DNA of 64,000 nt from NCBI GenBank assembly GCA_002269645.1, contig NIVC01001154.1:62001-126000 (forward strand), read 5' to 3'. Source of the stretch: Macrostomum lignano. Taxonomy: Eukaryota. Position numbers and translations under genes: made by a program. Positions 57,879 to 64,000 of this stretch are shown in pieces; the first letter of the stretch is position 1, and every line of letters begins with the position of its first letter. Below the pieces are notes generated by a model. It did no database searches. It was not told where the DNA came from and saw nothing but the letters and a program-made list of their open reading frames with translations.

Positions 57879-59847
57879 CTAACAAGCCCACAGTGATCCA
57901 ACCTGCATGCTTTTGCCGTGCGGATCCCGGTTCAGCGCAAAGTGCAGAATTCGACAACCCTCCGACGCGTACTGCGGATCCAAGTCTTCCTTCTGCTTGG
58001 CGCTGGTGTTAACGTTTAGCATGACATGCCGCTTGGCCAAGTCATCCGGCAATTCGGCCACGCTGCTGTTGTTGACGCCCAGCTCGACGTTGCTATTGTC
58101 CGTCTGCTCGGCGGGAATGGCACCGCCGTCGAAATCCTGCGCCTGAATCATCAGCACCTCCGGATTGAGGCCGACGGCTGAAGCCTCCTTTTTCAGAACG
58201 GCCACGTCGCGAGCGCATTGGCGCATCTGCAGGTAGCGATCGTAGTGCTCGGCCATGTCCAGAAGGGAGCGAACGCCGATCATCTGCACACCTGGCGGCA
58301 ACTCGTCTACGTTAATCAGACCGATCGGCGGCGCCTCGGCCGGGTTGGGTGGCAGCAGCTGCTTGAGCGGCATCTTCAACGGGGCATAGTCGCTGCCTTT
58401 AGTGATCTCGCGAATCAGCACCTGCAGAGGGAACATCGGCCGGGTGGTCAGCACCGACAGGCTGACGTCCAGCCAGTCTCGGTAGTAGATGACGCGACGC
58501 TCAAATTTGCGACGCATCGGCATAGCAACGGGCTGGCTTGGATCCCAGCCGGCTTTGAGCAGGTTTTGAGCGCAGCTAAAAAAATTCCTACGCAGCATGA
58601 TTACGTATGGCGGAAACGAATGAAAATCGCCGGCCTCGTTGTCCTGCAGGTGAGTGGCGTACTGCGGCTCCAACGGGTCGCATAGGACTTCGTCGTAAGT
58701 GTCCTTGTAGGTCAGGAACAGCTCGGTCATGGCGATCTGGGGCGAACAGTGTGGTCGGACAAGACTTGTGTGCTGCATGGTCTTACTACTTGACAAGAAT
58801 AATTGTCAACTTAGGGGGCTCTGGAATGGAGCCAGAAGCAAGGCGATCAGGACCAAACCGACTGCAATCGATAACTTGCTGGACCAGCCTACTAGAGCCA
58901 TCCCATCTACAAGTGCATGTCACTTCCTTTGGGTTACCATAGGGTATCGGTTCCTACAGAGCTTCATTCCCTCCCGATCAGGGACTACATGTACACTTAC
59001 GTTTGCGTTTTAAAGCAAACTGAAAATAAGAAATATTGAGCTGAACAGACTATATTGAGCCTCATCCAATGACAAAAAAGTTATGCTAATTTTAAGCTTT
59101 TTTTAGCGTCGTTTATTACAGCCCACGGCTATGCTCTGTGGCGCACGGAGGAATTTTAATTGGAGGGGCCGCAACCCTAAGGAGTATCTTGGTGACCGTC
59201 ACATCTTCTAGAAGGGGCGCCCTGTGTACCCCAGAACAGTGGATGCCTCGCCATGTCTTTTCCCGAGCTTGGTTACCTCTTCCATTTAGTTTTCTTGAGT
59301 GCGTACGCCTCTGTCACATGTACACGTAAATGTTCCCATGATGAGGGTTCAGCTGAGGGTCGCCGAGGGTTCAGCGAAACATGCTTAACTACATGCACAT
59401 GTCTCTACATGTATTTACAATTGCACCCATGCAAAGGCTGGCTGCGGCTCGACCGTTGGCTTGATTTGCAGCATGAATTTTGTCAAAAAATGAAATAACA
59501 GTTTTAAAAATCCTCACGTTAGCTAAGTACATAGCCATGCCCAACGGACTCAGGTAGACTACTGCTTGCCGTTTGAACATCGGCGAAGCGGCCACATCCT
59601 CGGGCATATACAACTGCGGACAGTCCATCATCTGATAGTACACTCCTTTGAATGCGCCGGGACTAATCTCCATCTTGTGCTTGAGCCGGTCGCTTTCGTT
59701 GTTGCGTATCATAGTAATCAGCCAGCGAGTGTTCGGATGATTTAGGCCGAAGAATTTCGGCACTGCGTAGTAGTAGCATTGCTCAATCTGGGTCAGCGGG
59801 TCCAGGAACGCTGGCGGACACGGTACGCTGATAATTGCCGGGCTCAT
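57879..59847 (-). CDS. Unknown protein with weak ankyrin-like segments; at least two exons (~59847-59420 and ~58737-57879), junction unresolved
   Basis: Two GC-rich ORFs on the same strand; SPLGMAMYLANVRIF and FSCAQNLLKAGWDP recall ankyrin halves; candidate acceptor CCCCAG|ATC near 58738. Confidence 0.55.
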
Positions 59848-60769
59848 GACGCGGATTTTTTCAGTGAAAGTCTTGAGAAAGATAATTTACTACCAGACGA
59901 TTTGCCCTGAGCTTAATATCCCTCCCGCCACAGTATTTATTAAGCTTGCTCTCGCAGCCTAGGGAACAGTTCTCTCGCGAGCGGATATGGTTCGGTCATA
60001 GACAGATTGGCGGTCAGACTGACCCATCAAGTAGCCATTCTAGAGATCGAAGCAGAATTTCGCTGTCAGGACTACCTAACATTAGGACCTAACATTATAG
60101 AAATTCGCAACAGCGTGTTCATAGTCACCTGATGCCACCTGTTGAAGGTCCAGAAGCTCCGCCTGGGTGAAGGCCAGTGACCAATTGGAGTCAGCTGATG
60201 CAAATACATGTGGCCGACGTGCTGATAAAATTCGGAGGCTTGGCAAGGCTGCAATGAGGCGCAGTGCTGATTGGTGCACAGGGGGTGTATTGAATACACT
60301 GGCGCTTATGGGAAAAATCTGACCCTCTGGCGGAATCGCTGAATATCTCGATGGTCCGGCAGGCGCGAGGGTTCAGGCGTAGCAAAAAATTGTCAGGGGA
60401 AAATCCCCCTTTTGTTAGTTCGACGGGCGAAAAATGGCTTGGTATTCCTACTGTTAAGGACGCTATCATGAATTAAAAGAACTTTCGTATAAGTATTCTG
60501 ACGCTTATACACAGGCTCGAAATTTCACACCTTCAAAGTCTTGCTAGTAATTTCCGCTATCTCACAACTTTAAACGATTTCGACGATGTGCTTGAGCTTG
60601 TAAAAGTTTCGCTCCAGTGAAATTAACAAGCAAGATTATTGGACGATGTAAAACTTCGATCTTATGATGTTTCCGCATTGTTTTACGAGCGTAGAGGGAT
60701 CAACAATACTTTTCCGATGATGTGAAAGCAATCATATCCCAAAAGCTCCCGGAATCTGCCTATTATAGA

Positions 60770-61490
60770 CAAAAAATGGGCCAATCGGGGTTCCTGTTCG
60801 TCCTGGTGCTTGACTGGGTGCTGCAGACCGCTCTTCCAAGGGACGATGGCTTCCTGCTACAGCGACGCGTGGGTCGACGCCAACCGGAGAGGCGTCGCAG
60901 CGTGCTTGACTACGCCGATGATCTGCAGTTGCCGAGGCGCTGACGGGCAGGTCTGCACTATCAGCGTCTGCCGATGGTTGTTGCGAGGATCTGTGACACC
61001 GCCGCGGACTTGCCTGGGCTGCCTCTCGTTTCTAGAAGGCTGTCCTGCAGTCCGAGGCCCTGCCTGCAGGACCGCCCGCGAGGGCGGCGCTGTTCCAGGC
61101 GGTGATCGAGACCGTCCAGTTGTACAACGCCGAGACCTAGACGCTGACGGAATCGCTCGAACTGCGGGTCGATGCGACGCACGCTGGCCTGCTGCGTGCC
61201 GCCTTCAAGATAGGCTACGAGAGAGTCAACGCGGCACTCTATCGCCGCACCGGCGTCCCGTCTCAGCGAACTGTTGCGCCGTCGGCGACTCCAGCTAGCA
61301 CATCATCCGAGCCGATCGTCCTACTGCCAGCAACCGGTGCAAGAGGTGATGCTGCTGACGCTAGGCACCTTACCGTACCGGCGGGGACAGGCACGCACTC
61401 AGTGTATCATCGACTGCCTGCTGGCTGATGCCGGCGCCTTGGACACTGCCGGCGGTGCCGGTGCGGCCTACGCTCGCGCCATGTGACGTC
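60770..61490 (+). pseudogene. Decayed RTE-clade retrotransposon fragment
   Basis: FLFVLVLDWVLQ...RRVGRRQPE...LDYADDL matches the RTE RT pattern, followed by stops and frameshifts. Confidence 0.7.
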
Positions 61491-61529
61491 TTTGCCTCGA
61501 TCATGACTCGCTTGACTGGCTGACAACGT

Positions 61530-61829
61530 ATTTTGTTGTTGATTACACCTTGCCCTGATGGCAGATGTGCAACCGACAGCTCAACCGAGGCTATTGCGTG
61601 GCGCATCTGATGAAGGCTGCGTACGGCTGTTCAGTCCAAGGACTGGGGGGTCGTCACACACACCCTCAATTACCCCAGCTAATGCTGGCACCCATTTTAC
61701 AGCTGGTTGAACTGAAGCAATGCAGAGTAAGTGGATTGCTCAAGGACACATTGTTCCCGGGACGACGAGAATCGAACCCCCGACCTTTCAGTCGAAAGTC
61801 CGACGCTCTAACCTCTATGCTACAAACCA
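61530..61829 (-). mobile_element. tRNA-derived SINE with a CORE-like central domain
   Basis: Head TAGCATAGAGG...GGTTCGATTC; GTGTCCTTGAGCAATCCACTTACTCTGCATTGCTTCAGTTCAACCAGCTGTAAAATGGG resembles the MIR CORE consensus; (CAA)-like tail. Confidence 0.75.
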
Positions 61830-62445
61830 TGGAGCAAAGAATTTGCATCGAGGGACACCAGCAGCGCAAATTCACCAGGAAATTTTTAGGCTTACGGATC
61901 GCAGGTACTATAAGTTGAACAACTGTTTTTAGAAATGGTGTCAGACGTCTTCTACAGTTCATGCGCTGACATTCCCTGTTCGACTGTGCTGAAAAAACCA
62001 GCTTAGTTGTCGTCTGCACAGAGAGTATGGGATCAGCCCTACAACAAAAATCTGGCTTCGCCTGTCTGTCGGTCTTAAAAAAAAATTTAGCTTGATACTC
62101 GTAAACTATTAATCAAACGTAAATCTGCATCATTTAAGATCTGTTATTAAATACAACAATAGATTAAAGGAATCCACAATTTGTTTGTGCTCGTAATCTA
62201 GTCTGTGACGAGTTTTCAAAAATAAATCAGATAAGTCAAAGGCAAACAAAAACATTTCCAAGAGAGCACATTTCACTTGCTCAGATTAGAATTTGCTGCA
62301 ACTCGCTATATTTTCGATCGTATTAGGTTTCAAAAAAACTAAGCAATCCACCTTGTTAACAAACCAGGCTAGGAAACACATAATCAACAACTACCATGAA
62401 CTTGCTATTGAAGACGTCAAGTTCTCTCTCTCTCTCTCAATTAAT

Positions 62446-63003
62446 TCATTCGCCGCGCAGCTTAGCCTTCTTCAGCTTCTTCTTGCTTTCTTTCTTCTTC
62501 GCGGACGTCTCCTCTGTGTCGGCGGCGCGGGCGACCACCTGCTCCTTCTCGTTCAAGATGACCTCAACGTGGCATGGCGAGGACATGTAGGGCCCGATGC
62601 GGCCGTGGGCTCGGTAGGTCCTGCGACGCATTTTGGGCGCCCGGTTGACCTGGATGTGATCAATAACCAAATGATCGGCGTCGAGGCCTTTAAACTCGGC
62701 GTTGCTTTCGCAATTCTTCAACAATTGTAGAAGAAATTCGCAGGACTTTTTCGGCCAACGACCGGTGGCTGTGCCCCAGACCTTGGACTGCGCGTGCCGG
62801 CCAGTGCCGCCCATGAACCGCCTGAAGGGGACAATCTCCTTCTTGGAGATGACGTTCTTTAAAAATCGCTGCGCCCGTTTTAGCGCCATGCCGCGCACAG
62901 CGCCGGCGGTTTCGCGGGTATTTTTAAAGTGCACGCGCAAGTAAGAGCCGCGCGCCTTGGCGCATTTTGCGGCGCTCTCTGGCTTAACGCTGTACCGGCC
63001 CAT
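62446..63003 (-). CDS. RPL17: 60S ribosomal protein L17 (uL22), 185 aa, uninterrupted coding region
   Basis: [57 protein letters not shown]; acceptor-like CTTCAG 16 nt before the ATG. Confidence 0.98.
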   Translation of the reverse strand: MGRYSVKPESAAKCAKARGSYLRVHFKNTRETAGAVRGMALKRAQRFLKNVISKKEIVPFRRFMGGTGRHAQSKVWGTATGRWPKKSCEFLLQLLKNCESNAEFKGLDADHLVIDHIQVNRAPKMRRRTYRAHGRIGPYMSSPCHVEVILNEKEQVVARAADTEETSAKKKESKKKLKKAKLRGE

Positions 63004-64000
63004 CGTTCAGAAAGGTCACTGAAGTTGGAGGTATGCAGGCTTACATGGGAGATGGCATGAATTAAAAATGGGGCATAATGCCTTTAAACTGAATATGCGC
63101 AGATAGGAACACGTAAATAATCTAGATGAGTTAAAGATACATTGTGAAGAATTAACAAAAGAGCTTAACAGATTTTTAGGCTTTAGCTAACTACCAACTA
63201 TAAATTGATGTTTTTACTATAGATAAGAGAAAGCAATTTTTAAAGAGAAGCATCAATATAGCTGCTACCATAATCTGAGACAAATTGAAGGACTTTTTTA
63301 TGCTTAATAAAAAATTTCAAGACAGTTGTGTGTGGTTGGAGAAAATGACAAATATTATGACAAATTTGACAAAATTTCCTATTTTTTAGTAAGTGTCTGG
63401 ATTTGTTTTTTTGCTTTGATTTGACTGTGACCTAGACAAATTATTGTAGGACAAATTAACTCCTATCAGGTTTTTAAGTGGTTGAAATGGTCAAATATTT
63501 TTTTCTAGAAACTGTTTGCTTTATTAGACTAGTGACAAAAATATTTTTTTAAACTGCATGAGAAAAGTCTTATACTTTAGGAAGATAAAATTAATGATAA
63601 CAAATTATAACATTATTTTATCTGCGGGACACATTATATGTTTACATGTACAAAGGGCTGTCCCAGAAATAGTGGGAAAAACCAGTACAGAGGCTGACTG
63701 TGATATTTAAATTTGATGCAACTTGTTTCATAAGTAGAAAAAATCCAACAGTTGTTTTGCTTTTTAAATGGGGTAAAAATGTCAGTTTATTTAAAAGTTA
63801 TGCCTATAATTAGAACAAGGGGTAGGGGGTAGAGTTACACCAAGTCGAGCCTACTATGCTGGCCATAGATTAAACTTTTGATGTTTAGTCAGAGCCATCA
63901 AAAGCAAACAAAGAAGCTGAAGAGAAACAAAAGAGCACATAAGCTCTCAAAAAAGCAGAAGCTAATCTGAAGTAGAAGCAGAAGCAGAACAGCTGCAGGC

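Noticed and set aside
61600-61660. Hammerhead ribozyme suggested by CTGATGAAG
   Set aside because: No GAAA core or supporting stems downstream
61760-61829. Functional tRNA gene (also the head at 55959-56030)
   Set aside because: Arms pair poorly and the sequence continues into a SINE body without a T-run terminator

Overview
Eukaryotic (invertebrate animal) genomic DNA with GC-rich exons in AT-rich, minisatellite-dense spacers; the style fits a free-living flatworm such as Macrostomum, which is inference and not verified. Host genes supported by sequence: NF-YA (2 coding exons), a GT32 DxD glycosyltransferase (3 exons), two tandem CNBP-like CCHC/RGG genes, a ZNF106-like zinc finger/coiled-coil/WD40 gene with one unresolved frame break, an SLC9B/NHA Na+/H+ antiporter (3 exons), RPL17, and two or three orphan ORFs. 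Two apparently intact retroelements are present: a Ty3/gypsy element (5884-12678, minus strand, 241-bp LTRs that read identical by eye, candidate -1 frameshift signal) next to the probable NF-YA promoter, and a full-length LOA/R1-type non-LTR element (18580-24479, minus strand, 13-bp TSD) inside a minisatellite in glycosyltransferase intron 1. The top finding is that the first base of the non-LTR element, defined independently by its TSD, is G1 of a complete HDV-like self-cleaving ribozyme fold (24237-24479) with an A-U/C-G P1.1 variant. The window also holds two tRNA-derived SINE types, mariner, hAT and foldback MITEs, a decayed RTE fragment and more than ten unrelated tandem-repeat arrays. 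All alignments, folds and family assignments were done by eye without tools.
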